A DNA stretch of 64,000 nucleotides from Octopus vulgaris (lineage: Eukaryota), in the NCBI GenBank assembly GCA_951406725.2, contig OX597819.1:86428001-86492000 (forward strand). Reading direction: 5' to 3'. The position numbers and the translations under genes are program-made. This document shows, piece by piece, positions 14,363 through 27,889 of this stretch. Every line of letters starts with the position of its first letter. Positions within the stretch are counted from its first letter, which is position 1. The notes under the pieces were generated by a model. That model made no database searches and had not been told where the DNA came from. It was given only the letters and a program-made list of their open reading frames with translations.

Positions 14363-15477
14363 CTAAAGGGTTAAACATTTAGTAATGTTAACTGCTGAAA
14401 TCAAGAACATGCTAAGTATAATAACTGCTTCCATTAATAAAAGTAAAAAACCAGATATCAAGAAAATTCCATATCAAAAGTAATGCACCATTGAAAATAT
14501 GATAAATATAGTTTATGATGAATGCATGGCAGAATTCAAAGATAACCCTGAGTGATGTATTTAGGAATAAATCACTCCAATTCTAAAACATGCAGCACAA
14601 ACACTTTAAGATGTTTTTCAATAAGAGTAGCAATCACTCTATTTTGTCAGCTCATTCATTGCCTATTTTTCCACATTCTAGAATGATTCAAGAGAGGAAA
14701 CAACTACTGGAGTTTATGATTCCCTTAATTTCTTACTATACTAAAATCACCACAGCTGTAAGTGTAGTACTATAATGTGCTCTTGGAGTAGGAAAAGAAT
14801 TTCCATTAGATGCAACTCTTGGGAAGGGACATCATACAAGAATTTTAACTGTCAATTCATCAAATTATGAATATATAATTCATCAGAGAAGTAATATAAT
14901 CAAAAGAGTAGATTCCTTGAGGAAAACAGGTTTATTCTAAGACCAATGTGAAGTTGATTTACAATTTAGTTAGTTAGTTAGTTAATTTGGCTCAAAAGCA
15001 AATAGCAAGGCCATGTAGGGGGACATGGAGTTAAGTACAGGGTGGTGTTCATGTAAAGAGTTCATGCCACTTGAGGTCCAGGGAGGCTTTGAACAAAGTG
15101 GTCGTCGGCATCTTCAATTGAAAAGAATTTGGCGTGAAGTATTTCTCTCTTGGATGAAAATTACATTTAAAAGCAAAAACCAGTGTTCCAAATAAAATAC
15201 AGCAGAATACAAAAAATAAATTCAAGGGTAGGTATTTTGTGTAGGATTAAGTTTTACAGAGTAATCAATAAATGAAGTCTTACACAAGTTTCCTAAAACC
15301 ATCAAAACGTGAATAGATTAAAGAATATTTTAATTGTTAGAAAGTAAATAATCAGAGCAGTAAATAATTAGAGATGTTTTGAAATTTGCAGCTATCTTGC
15401 AATTCAAACGGACGCTAAAATTTTCATTCAAGAATTATTCAGTATCTTGTTGATTGTTTTCGCCGCCGCCGCCTTTT

Positions 15478-15560
<83 letters not shown>

Positions 15561-15573
15561 TTCGTCGCTGTCT

Positions 15574-15609
<36 letters not shown>

Positions 15610-15634
15610 TCATCATCATCATCATCATCATCAT
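15478..15634. repeat. Compound trinucleotide microsatellite (GTC)n-(ATC)n
   Basis: About 40 GTC units with two interruptions, followed by about 9 ATC units. Confidence 0.95.
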
Positions 15635-16439
15635 CTCAATGTTTCAATGCAAGAGAAGAAAACAGTAAACTTTTACAGAATAAACCCAATCAATAACATG
15701 AAAATAATAAAGTAAAAATAATAAATCTAATATATTATTATGTGAATGAAATTCCGGACAAACACTGAAAAGAATAGTACAATAGGAATGAAAGAAGAAA
15801 ACAACAAATGGAGATGTATACATGCTAAAAGGCAAACGAACAATACAAATAGATAAAATATCATTGATGAAATGCACAACAAATGCTTCATTTCTTTTTG
15901 ATTAATGTAAGCTACTTGATACCACATTTCATAAAGACAATGCTAATGGGAACAGTAAAGAAGATAAGTTTTAAAAAATTAATAAAGACTTCAAGATGTT
16001 TAATTACCTAGAGATCAAAGGAAACATATTAATAGAAAGACAGGAAAAAAAAATGTTTAAAAAAATTATAATTAGATCACAAGTTTATTAAGACATAAAA
16101 TTACAACGAACAAAGAGAAATGGCTTGATGTAGGGAAAAACTATTACAGAATGTAAGAAATATAGCAATAAATTCTGTAGGATTAAAGTTACAATATATC
16201 AGTATAGCTGCATCTAAAAATCATAAGATTGCTTCTACAACACATATAAAATATATAATGAATGACTATAAATGATGAATCATAGGATAAAATAGAAAAT
16301 TTAATTGTGAATCATAAAAATTGTAAAAAAAATTAAAAGTTGTTCAAGAAAATGACATTTTAGAGAGCATTAATATTCAAATTCCTTAAAGTACTTTAGA
16401 TCCGTCAATTGGTATGTTAATTTTAACTTTATAAGTTTT

Positions 16440-16770
16440 TGAAAAATAGACAACTGCAACACAAGAATGTTAAGAATGGCTCTGGATTCTACATGGGGAG
16501 CTGATTTGACCAATGAGCAACTTAGTCAAGACCTACCCAAACTGACTGAGAAGATCCACAGAGAAGAGTGAGAATTGCTGGTCATTCCGTCAGGCACCCA
16601 GAAGAACCTGTGTTAAATGGTCTTGTGGCAGTCATTTGAAGGAAGAATCAACAGGAGAAGAAAACATCTAACCTGTGTAGACAACTTGCTTCAGGACAGT
16701 GGTATGGCAAATGTTGATGAATCAAGAACATGCATGGAGGACTGTGATGGATGGTGTGCTCACATGAAAC
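16440..16770 (+). mobile_element. Non-LTR (RTE-like) C-terminal fragment from a different family
   Basis: Frameshifted peptides CNTRMLRMAL..W...LTNEQL..DLPKLTEKI, RIAGHSVRHPEE and GRINRRRKHLTCVDNLLQD. Confidence 0.55.
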
Positions 16771-18691
16771 ATCAAAGTATCTGGGAGGATGGCCAAACTA
16801 AACTAACTAAACACAAATAATCAGACAAACTGCTGGCTAAACTTTATTCCAAAAGTTTCACAGCTATATATCTCTGAAAGTGGAAATGGAAATCCATTTG
16901 AATGCAGTTCTTGAAAAGAAGGACAAGTACAGTGAGACTCAGTAAATGTATCAAGAAGTGCAGCTAAGTTTGGTTCAAGTGCAGATGGAATACATAAACT
17001 TAACAAATAGAAATCAGTATATCCTACTTAACATGGATATGCAGTAAAAAAACCTTAAGACAGTAATATTTGTCTTGAGAAGGCATCTCATATAAATGTA
17101 TAGTGTTAAAAAGCATAGAAACAAACAAAAAAATGCCCTGCTATGGTGGTGAAACTGCTAGACCATATAATTTCTGCATACTTTCACATCATCAGTAACA
17201 GGTATCCACTATCACTGTATGCTAGTCAAAGTTCACCTATAGTGGCATATAGGAAAACAATGCTTAATCACTCGAAGGTGTCACTAATAATTAATTTTAA
17301 TTCAACCTGCCAGCTATTTGTGACACCAGTGACCAAATTAGTCGCTGTTTTATTCTATACACCAGTAGAGGTGAAGTTTGGCTAGCATGCAGTTACATTT
17401 GATATCTGCTGATGATGATGTGCAAATGTGCAGAAATCACATGATCTAAATGTTTCATTGCCAGTATTGAAAATTTTTCCTCTACCACTGATATTATATA
17501 TCTATAAGTGATACTTTCGTAAGATGAATACCACAGTATTATAACATTCTTACAGTATATCCACATTAAGTAGGGTAAACAGATTGCTGTTTGTTGTGGC
17601 TTCCATTGCTAATAATTAAACTTAACAGAATTTTGATGGCTAAAGAGCATTACAGAAACATTAGGATAAGCTGAAAATTAACACTGTTCAATAGTAGGAT
17701 AGTAACTGGAATGAGTTTCAGGATTTTTCTAGCATGTGTAATTTCCAAACCATCAGACAGATGATCTTTTTTTGCATGCTGTTGAGTATGTGCATGAATA
17801 ATGTGGATGTAACTTTCTAGATGTGTGAGAGGTACACATTAAGGTGCACACATGTCATATGAAGAGGTAACATAAAGAGTTAACATCAGTTTCTGACTGG
17901 AGTATTTTTATTCTACAAACATACCTAGTATTTTGAAAAACATTTCAAACTTTCAATTTACACAAAGTGTGTGATTATTTATGCATTATTTGTGACTGGA
18001 GAAATAATTGTATGGCTTTCTTTCCCTAAGATATGTCATGTAATTGATTTGATGCTGCAGCATATGACTAAATAAATTGTTTAGCCTATACTGTAGGATG
18101 TTATACGGTTTTCCATTTGTTTATAGACTTTACAAGAAACCAAGTTGTTAAGATATAGGAATAGTGCTGTCATGCAGTAAGAGAGAAAAACAGAGGTGTG
18201 CAATAATCTTATTAGCATAGGGTTGGATATAAATGAAAAGTAACAATGGTGCATGAATATAAGTCTATTAATATACTGGGTTTATAAAGTGAAATTTAAA
18301 AATAAAATAAGAATAAAACAGCTCACAAAGCAAGTCATAATTTCAATTGAAGATTAAAAATAGCACAAGAAGAATGTTTTTATGTGGTATAAACTCATTC
18401 AGACAAAATTGCATATTCCAAAGCTGCAATTAGGGTAAACTAAGGAACAGTAAGAAACTTTCCAAATCTTGACGAATGGTATAGAGTAAAAAAATTCTAA
18501 ATATTAAATGTTAAGATCCAAGACAAGGATAACTACAAAGGAGTATGAAGAGAAGAAACTGATAATTCAATATCATATTTTCAGTGCAAGTAAAAGATTG
18601 ACAAAAGTGCAGGAGGATCTTTGATAAATCAACATGGGAACAAGACAGAATGTGTTCAGTAGAAGTTAACAATTGGACCAACTATGAAATA

Positions 18692-19567
18692 TGAGGTGGT
18701 ATCAAAAAGTTCCAGGATTAGTTTTGTAGCACACCAACAGATGGCAGCCCATGGTTGTGTGCACAGTGAGAGCTAGCAGTGACCTTCATGAAGCAGTGTG
18801 CCTGAATGAAATCATTGTGTTTACTTCACAAATTATGAAATTGTTGTTTTTGGGATCATGTGTATGCTGTAATTTGTAATTATGTCATGGACAGGAACAA
18901 AGAGCCAAAGTGAAATTTTGCGTTAAACTTGAGAAGTCTGCTAAAGAGTCATTGGGCATGCTTCAGCAAGCTTATGGCGACAAGGCAATGGGTTTACGCA
19001 ATGTTTAAAGTGGCATGGGTGCTTCAAAAGTAGAAGAACATCCCTAGAAGACCATGATCGATCTAGAAGACTTGCCATGAGTGTCACTCCTGGAAACATG
19101 GTATTATTCATCCCCCAGGGCCAGATCATCAATCAAGAGTTCTTCTGCAGTGTTTTGGCGCATCCGAGGGAGGATATTTGGTGAAAACAACTTGATCTGT
19201 GGAGCACGAAGAATTGGATTCTTCACAACAACAATGCATTCTGTCACTAAGCTCTCCTCACTTGTGAGTTTCTTGCCAAAAACAACATGATTTAGCACCT
19301 TTGGACTTCCATGATTTCCATGACTTCCCCAAGATGAAAATGCAGCTCAAAGGTCGCTGTTTTAACACCATTGTTGAGATACAAAGCGAATTGCAAAAGG
19401 TCCTTGACTTGGCTTATGGAAAATGAATTCCAGATCAGATTCCAAAAGTTGCAGAAATGCTGGGACTGGTGTGTTGTTGCACAAGGTGACTCTTTTGAAG
19501 ATGAAGATGATAAAATCTAGGTAAATAAGTTATTTTTTATTAAACATAACCTTTTGATACCACCTTG
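18692..19567 (+). mobile_element. Internally deleted mariner transposon
   Basis: TIRs tgaggtggtatcaaaaagtt / aaccttttgataccaccttg flanked by TA. Transposase remnants EQRAKVKFCVKL, AYGDKAM, WILHNNNA..H, FPKMKMQLKGRCF and WDWCVVAQGDSFE. Confidence 0.85.
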
Positions 19568-22500
19568 TATAGGACATGATTTATTCAAATGGTTTGTTTG
19601 AATAGGCCATACTCTACTCAAAATAGAGGGACCAGCAGTGAACGTATAGTAACTGAATAAAGAATAAGTCAGATGAAGTTCTGAGAATGGGTAATCCTAA
19701 AGGCAATAAAGGGATAATTTCTCATTGTGAAGGGAGGTATAACTGAAGTGGCATAAGAAAGAACAGTGATGCTGAATGGTTATGCAGCATTGGCATTGAA
19801 TATGGAAGATCTGAAAAAGAGGGAGAAGAAAAAGCTTTAACTTTTTGCTATCAACTAGCTTGAAACCATACTTGGTGCTATGATACTAAGTCCCTCTTTT
19901 AAGGTGATCGAAATTAAAATATTCCATCAAAATTTTAAATGACAAATTTATTTTGATAAATTCCTCATTATTTTCAAAATTAATTGAAATGATGGCAGTA
20001 CATTTCAAAATAAATATGGTAAGAAAAGGCTATATATGATTTGTTGGTTGTAAAGTTGCATTTAAGATGAAGTGTAAGAGAACCTAAAAGAAGTGGCTGG
20101 CTAATAAAAGGATTAGTTGAGGTGTTCAGGAGAAGAGTTGCACAAAGAAAAACACCACAAAAAAAAAAAAGAAAGAAAGAAATTGAATGACATCTGTTGA
20201 AGGAAATATGCTGTGCTGATTAAAGATTGGCATACGGTGACAATGTAAGGAGACCAAGGGATGCATAAGAAATTGTATTATATGAAAACATTGGGTTTCA
20301 TAAATGACATAGGATAAAAAAGAGAAGTGGCAGGTCATGTGAGCAAGAAAAAGAAAAAAGTTAAGCAATGACTGATGGTAGTGATACTTTATATTCTTTC
20401 TTAGCAAGCCCACAGGAGGTAGTGAAGTGATTGATAAAAACTGGAATGTGAAAGCTCTGTATTGGTTCTTCAATGTAACCAAACAAAGAAGGGTAAGAAG
20501 GTGAGAGTGGGGGGGGGAGAAGGAAAGAAACAGAGTCAGTACTTGTACTTATTGATCGTAAAGGAATGAAAAACAAAGTCAACCTTAGTGGGAATAGGAC
20601 TCGGACCACAAAGAACCAGAACAAATACTGCAAGGCATTCTATCTAATGCTGTAACAACTCTGCCAATTAACTGCATTATAATGATGATAAAGAGGAGGA
20701 AGGCATGTAGCTCTGTGTACTAAATGTTGACAAATGTATTAGAAATAAAAGAAAAATGATAAGACAGAAAATTAAAAGACAAAGGAAGCAAAAACAAAAA
20801 CTTATCTTCAACATCAAATTAATGTATATGTAGGAATCTACTTGTACTAAACCAAAATACAAATAATAAATTAAATAATATAATATGCATTACAATCGTG
20901 ATTTCTAAAAGCAAAGTACAACAAACAGTAGGCAGAAATCCCAAATCAGAAAATATTAATTAAATATCATTAAAAAGAGAAAATTTAAATTGTAGAAAAT
21001 GCCCAAGGAAAGAAATGGAGATGTAACAAAATTAAATGAGTTCAGAACCAGAAGTACATGATATCTGAAATGAAAACTCCCACAATACCAATAGTGTGAG
21101 AAAGAAATGATGCATTTGTATTAAAAAAACATGATTAAGAATTCATTATTGTGATCACAATAGGATAAAGGAATATAAAGTATGTATTTCTAATCAGTAA
21201 AATATACAATAAAAAAGAACAACCACCCACATATTCACACATATACTGTTTCTGTTTTTTTTCCTTTGATAATGTTGAAAATGAAAGCTGCATTTATTAA
21301 TAGCTTAATATTTACTACAGGGCCTGTAAAAAGCCATTCTCAGAACCAGGCAAACTGTGTGCTACTTATCACACACAAGTTGACTTAATATTATGGTACT
21401 TCCAGGGCATAGCAGCTGGTCTCCCTCAGATTATCTTCATTAAAACAGATACATTGAATCTTTCAGGTTTTAATGAACTTCTTCAAGGAAGATGAGGTTA
21501 GTAGTCCAAAAGAACTGGCATAGTGTTATTATAGTAATAGCAGTAAGCCTGAACACATTGAAAATTTCATAGTGATTCATGTAAATACAGTTGTTTGTAA
21601 AACGAATGACTAGAGCCTGATACAGTTTGGTTTGCCAGCTCCTGTTGAACTGTCCTACTCATGTTAGCTTAGAAAACCAATGTTAAATGATGGTAATGAT
21701 GAGGATGATGATCATGACATGGTGTCTCCAAAGCATTAAAAAAAAAAAATTAATTTACTGCTGTAATTCTTGGTTTATGTAAATAGACTATATCTTGGAT
21801 AGTTTTTCCATTCTGTTAATTCTTCCAAGCAATGGAATATTTTTCTTTTTCTGTTTCTTTTCAACTTTTCATTCATTTTAAACATGCATTTTATAGTCGT
21901 CCATCACACACACACAATGATATTAATAAAAAAAAAGTAACAACTTAGTAACGCAACTGAGCAGGGACCAACTGTTACCATCTTCAATTTCCAAATTTAA
22001 CTCCTCAACTCATTCTTCATTTAGAGCAGAGGTTACCAAACTTTTTTAGGCTGCCATATTCTTAGCACCCCACCACCCATGACTACAGACCACTTTCTGT
22101 AGCACATTCCAAATAACTGTATTTCACAAATAAAACTTAACATAATTAACCTATTATTTTGTTGTTTTTTTTAAGATCTATTGACTCCTTTTGGCCACAC
22201 CATTATCAACCCACTTTTCTTCAACACCCTCCCTTTGGATCTTTTCTCTGCCCTCAAAAGGGGTGCTATTGGTTTATAGCATGTGGAAGGGACCAAGAAA
22301 GTAAAGCAGATCTTTTGTTTTACCTATCTGACTGTGGCCATCCTGAGGCACCACCTTCATGGGATTTTAGTCAAATAAATCAACCCCAGGACTTATTTTT
22401 TAAGCCTAGTACTTATTCTGTCAGCTTCTTTTGCCAAACCACTAAGTTATGAAGATATAAATACACCAATGCCAGTTGTTAAGTGGTGGAGCAGAGACAA

Positions 22501-22809
22501 ACATAGACACAAAGATACACATATAGATATAAGCATGGAATAAACTACCTGCGTCAGTTGTTGACTGCCATGACACTGCATCCTTTAAGGCCCTCATGCT
22601 TTCCAAAATCCGCCGAAACTATACCTGATTATATATACACTTTAGATGAGTTGTAGTGCACCTGAGCACTGCACACAATTATTATTATTATTATTATATA
22701 CATACATACAAACAAACACACATACATACATATAAACATACATACATATAATCAAACACACATACATACATATAAACACACACATATATGCACACATACA
22801 TACACACAA

Positions 22810-22847
<38 letters not shown>

Positions 22848-22849
22848 TG

Positions 22850-23520
22850 GGCTAAAGCAGAATCGTACCACTCCTGGAAAAATGCATTTAAAAAAAATAT
22901 TTTTGGGGATTTCTATGTTTTAGATGTCAACAATTACAAAAATTCAAATAATAAAATAAAAAATTATAATTTCACCTCCCACCTCCAAATTAAAATTTTG
23001 AACTTTTTCCGAAATTTTTTTCTATGTTTTACATGACAGAGATCCTGAATATGCAAGAAACCACATTTTATTGACTACACAGTATAGTAGGGTTAGTTGG
23101 GCACCATCTGTGAGTAAAACAGCACTATGATGCAATTCACTCTGCCAGAGATTTGGAAATGACAGGCTGGGTATTTGCACTGGAGCTCCTATACAAACAG
23201 ATGGTGAACACACAGAACAACCTTTGGCGTGCTGTGCCCACAAGATATGTACTGAGAGTGATAAAAATCAAACATCCAGTCAACACTATGGTGTATGGAG
23301 TGATCACTAGTGATGGCGATGTTATGCTTCCATTCATCTTCTCACATGGCCTCAAACTCAACAGGAAGGCCAACATAAAGTGCCTGGAGGAGGTAGTGCT
23401 AGTGCTGCCCTAAATCAAGATGGTGGCTGTTGGAAAACCTTGTGTCAGGCTACAGGATTCTGCACCATGCCACACAAGCAGAAGAACCAAATCATGGCTG
23501 TCAGACAATTTTTGTGACCA
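22850..23520 (+). mobile_element. Tc1/mariner-superfamily transposase remnant
   Basis: KHPVNTMVYGVITSDGDVMLPFIF and QDSAPCHTSRRTKSWLSDNF, the second being a DDD/E second-Asp motif. Truncated by a SINE head at ~23520-23610. Confidence 0.7.
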
Positions 23521-25684
23521 AGGCTATAGTAGAAGATACAGACTCAAGGTGACATACAGTGGGACTGAACCTGGAACTATGTAGTTGGGAAGCAGGCTTC
23601 TTACTACACAGCCTCACCTGCACCTATGATATCTATTTTCGCAATATGAAAGTCAAACAAAAACTAACATATTTGAATAAAGTAGTCACAGCCGAAAAAC
23701 AGGGGTGTTGGGTTCAGAATATCTTTCATCATCTATCAGTATAATCAAGACTACCCAGGTGTTAAATAGCAACTGACTCACAGCAAAGCGAACTGCTATG
23801 GCAACAAACGTAGCACAACGACTACAATGAGATTCCCATCTACCTTATTCATAGGTAAAGAAATCTAAATCCCGTTCTGAGTGAAGTTAGTTTTTCTTTT
23901 TTTTTGCCAATAAACAAAGCAGTCACAGCAACAATAAGAACAACATAACCTATATAGCATAAATGAAGATTGATTGCTTCTGCTTTCTCAGAAAGATTCA
24001 AATACAGATTGATTTTCTTGGAAAAAAAAGTTTATATTAGGAATATCTTTGACAGCAACATATATCAACACTGGCTTATTTCTAATGTCTTTCATTTGTA
24101 AGTTAAACAATTAAACTGCCAATGGGAAGAGCCATGAAAAGTATACATTCTAGTTGGAAATCTGTGATGTGTTAAAATATTGATGCTTGTTGTTATGACA
24201 ACAAAAAAAAAGTCAAAGAATTTGCAATGAATATTACTTAAAATGTGCAAGTGTGTGTGCATCCAATATACATAAAGTGAAATCACTGCTATTGCTTTAG
24301 TCCATTTTGCATTAAATATTAATGCATCAGTGCAATCTAAATGAAGAGATAAAATTCAAACAAATTGAAAATGCTTTATTTTATTAGTATGATATGTTTT
24401 GCGTTATTTTAATGTTGATCCAAGATTACACCCATTTTATCTAGTCCAATCAAACTTTGTAAACAATAATAATAATAATAATATTGATAATAATCCATTT
24501 TATGGGCTGCAAGAACCTCACAAATACATACGAAGCATTTTATGCAATAAAACTGGGGATGATAAAAATGTAACATAACAGGGAAAAAAAAAATTTAAAC
24601 TTTATAAGGATTTTGAAAAAAACAAAACAAAATGCAAAGACCCCACAATGAGATATGAATTACCACCTATGGTGAATCAGGGTATCTCATAACTCTAACC
24701 ACCTTGCTACCCAGGTAGTTACCTTCTCTCACCTACACTCTCTGAGAAGGATTCAAGAACTGGCTATCTCGCCATGTCCTCAATTCACTGTAGGGAAAGT
24801 TCACTGTCATCAATTCACCATTTCTTCTTTCAATAAAATCGTTTTTAGCTATTAATGGTGAGATATTATGGATATAATTTCTTGGTAAACTTTCCTCATG
24901 GTGAATTGATGGCAGTGAACTTACCTGTAATCCTATCTCACATGCAACAGTTTGCCACTTTCACCAACTTTTCATCAAATTTCCTAGAGGGCAGTATCTT
25001 CCTCCTCATCTTATATAAAGAAGTGACGAAGGCTTGGTCAAAGCAACAAAATCCTATCCCCAATTCTTAAAATGTGTGAACTGTGCAATCCTTTTGCCAT
25101 AACCACTAGATGGAGTAACACTGCTAGCTCTCCTTGTCAAAAAAATTCAGCTGAAGGATCTTTATGAAGGTCTTGGCCAATAGTGGGAACCATCCTACAT
25201 GCAGTAACAGCTAAGTGTCTTTGCACCACTTACTAGCAAATGCACAGAAATGGAATGAGTGGAAGTACCAATAGTTAGCTTAGTGACACTGGAAAGATTA
25301 AATGCAAAGTCAAACCACACAAAGTCAATCATAGTACTTGACTACTTATAAAGCCTGAAGAAGGAAACCTAAACCAGTAAGATTTGTACTCAGTTTAACT
25401 AAATACCAAAAAGAGCTTAGTATAGGACTTAACCAATATGCTATTCTAAAAACAAATCCTACTGATCTGTAACATGAGAACTACACTTCAAATTTCAGTG
25501 GAGGGCACCTTCAGTTAAAACAACTCCAGTACTTATCTGGTAATAGTTAAATCAATCCCTCAAAGATGAAAGACAATGTTGATCATGGCAGTAGTTGAAC
25601 TCAGAAAATTGAGAGGAATAACTAAAACTGCAAATACATCTTATCTAATTCTTTACAGGTTATACCAGTCCATCATCGTTCTAA

Positions 25685-26020
25685 AGGGTAAAGACCTCTT
25701 TCAGTCATGAATGACCATGGGATTGCTCCTAGAAAGTTCTTCTCTGAGGTACAAGTCTGGGCAAGGTTGTTTATGGAAGACCAGCAGATGCCCGTGCATA
25801 CCAGCCTCCCCTCTCCATGCCAGTGATGTTATCCAAGGGAAAAACAAACACTGATACAACTTGGCACCAGTGATATCGCAATTAATTTCTACAGCTGAGT
25901 GAGTGGAGCAATGTAAAATAAAGTGTCTTGCTCAAGAATAAAACACAGAACCCAGCCTGGGAATCAAACTCACTACCTTATGATTGTGATCCTGATGCTC
26001 TAACCACTGAGCCATGTGCC
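25685..26020 (-). mobile_element. tRNA-derived SINE (32950-33297 family)
   Basis: Reverse-complement homology to 32950-33297 and direct homology to 14028-14362. Confidence 0.8.
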
Positions 26021-27124
26021 TCATGAACACCGATACTACTACTACTAATAATAATAAGGATAAATAAAAATAAAAAAATAAAAATAAATATTACTTATGG
26101 TGTTGTTTGTCCCAAGGCTGAACCCCACTGGTCACACCTATGATCCAAGACGTTCCATAGGGGTATCTAATGTCTCTTTTCATTGTTTTAAAGATGGTGG
26201 GCTATGATTTGAGTGAGATTCAGTTCCTATTTCTAGCGGGTTATAAATCACATATTGGCTGTCACTAACTCATATAAGCAACTATGTTGAGGGTTTCCAC
26301 AAGGTCATCAACTGAGATTCAGTTCTCATTCACAGGCAGCCAATTACACATGTCAGAACATTTTAACATGTTATTCTGAAGTGAAGAATGCCACATGCAG
26401 TGTATGCTAATAAGAAATTCATGAAGTCAGTACAGTTATCATTGTTTATTATATACTACTTTGCATTTCTTACTTTTGATAAAATGGTTAAAACTAATTT
26501 CATCTGTTCTCTGGTTGACATTCATTACATTAGAGCAACTTTTAATTCTTCACAAAAAACATAATATTCATCCAATGAATACAAATGATAAAAGAACAGA
26601 AAATTTTGCATAATGAAATTAGTAATAGAAATTTTAATTATGAATATTCTACATTACAATTTTTAAGTTTCACTATCAATTATATATCCTCATTTATCTG
26701 AGGAGTGGGGGTGGCATTTTATAAAAACACTGTGTTAAACATTTAGCATTTAAATCAGCCATATCTATCTCAAACATTCTTCCTATTTTATGTTCAAACC
26801 AACCAGATCTGGTCTCTCATGCTTACCCAACAATGTCATTTCTAAATATAAATAATCAATCATCAAAATCTTAAAGCTACAAGATAATGCATGGTCAATT
26901 CAAAACAAAATGAATAAATAAGCATCACATTTGACAGAATAATCAGAATGCTAAAAGACTAAAAGAGTTAGTGATAAATGAATAATAGAAGACAGGGGAA
27001 AATAGGTTTCATTCTGAGACCGCATCTTCTCCCTCTAACTTATCCAAATGACATCACCTTCAAACAATTTTTATGCATAAATGGTACTGTTTCATGGTGG
27101 GGATAATATTTAGAGTAAAATTTA

Positions 27125-27325
27125 TCATCATCATATCATCATCATCGTTTGATGTCCGTTTTCCATGCTGGCATGGGGTGGATGGTTTAACAATAGTTGG
27201 CCACCCAGGGAGCTGTCCAGACTCCAACTGTCTGTTAAGGCATGGTTTCTACAGCTGGATGCCCTTCCTAATGTCAACCACTTTAAAAAGTGTGCTGGGT
27301 GTGTTTTGTGTGTCACCAGCACAAT
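27125..27325 (-). mobile_element. RTE 3'-tail fragment
   Basis: (atc)n followed by ttttccatgctggcatgg...ctacagctggatgcccttcctaat, the reverse complement of the RTE tail. Confidence 0.7.
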
Positions 27326-27889
27326 CAATAAATAATGGGGATAGAGCAGTGAAAAATATCTTTTTTCTGTTCATTGGTGATATTTTGATGGGCATGTGTA
27401 TCCATATAAAACTTCCAACAGAGTGTTGTAAACATGAGTGATAATCAGTACATCCTGAGTAGCTAAGCATTGTGGATGGCTGCTGGGTGGTTCTTTTGCA
27501 GTTCAAACAGAATCTTTGATTGATTGCTGATTCATGTAATCACAAATCAATTCAGGATAAGCATAACATGGTTCACAATTGAGCATATTGGGTTATCCCA
27601 GATCAGTTATGTAAGAACCAACAATAATCAAGGGAAGGTGTATATCAAACCATTTAGCATTACTATGCAAGGAATATTGTCATCTCTGAAAGCTATCTCT
27701 ATCATATTAAATCCTTTTCTTTAATACATCTTCATAAACTTCTATTAAATTCACTAAGAATTAAAATCTATATTTCTCTCTCTCTCAGTTACCTAGGATA
27801 TACACTAAACTCATTTCGAAAGGCAAAGTCTATAAGAGAGTTGTCAAGTTTGTCCTAGTTATGTCAAACTCTATCATTCATACTTTCTG

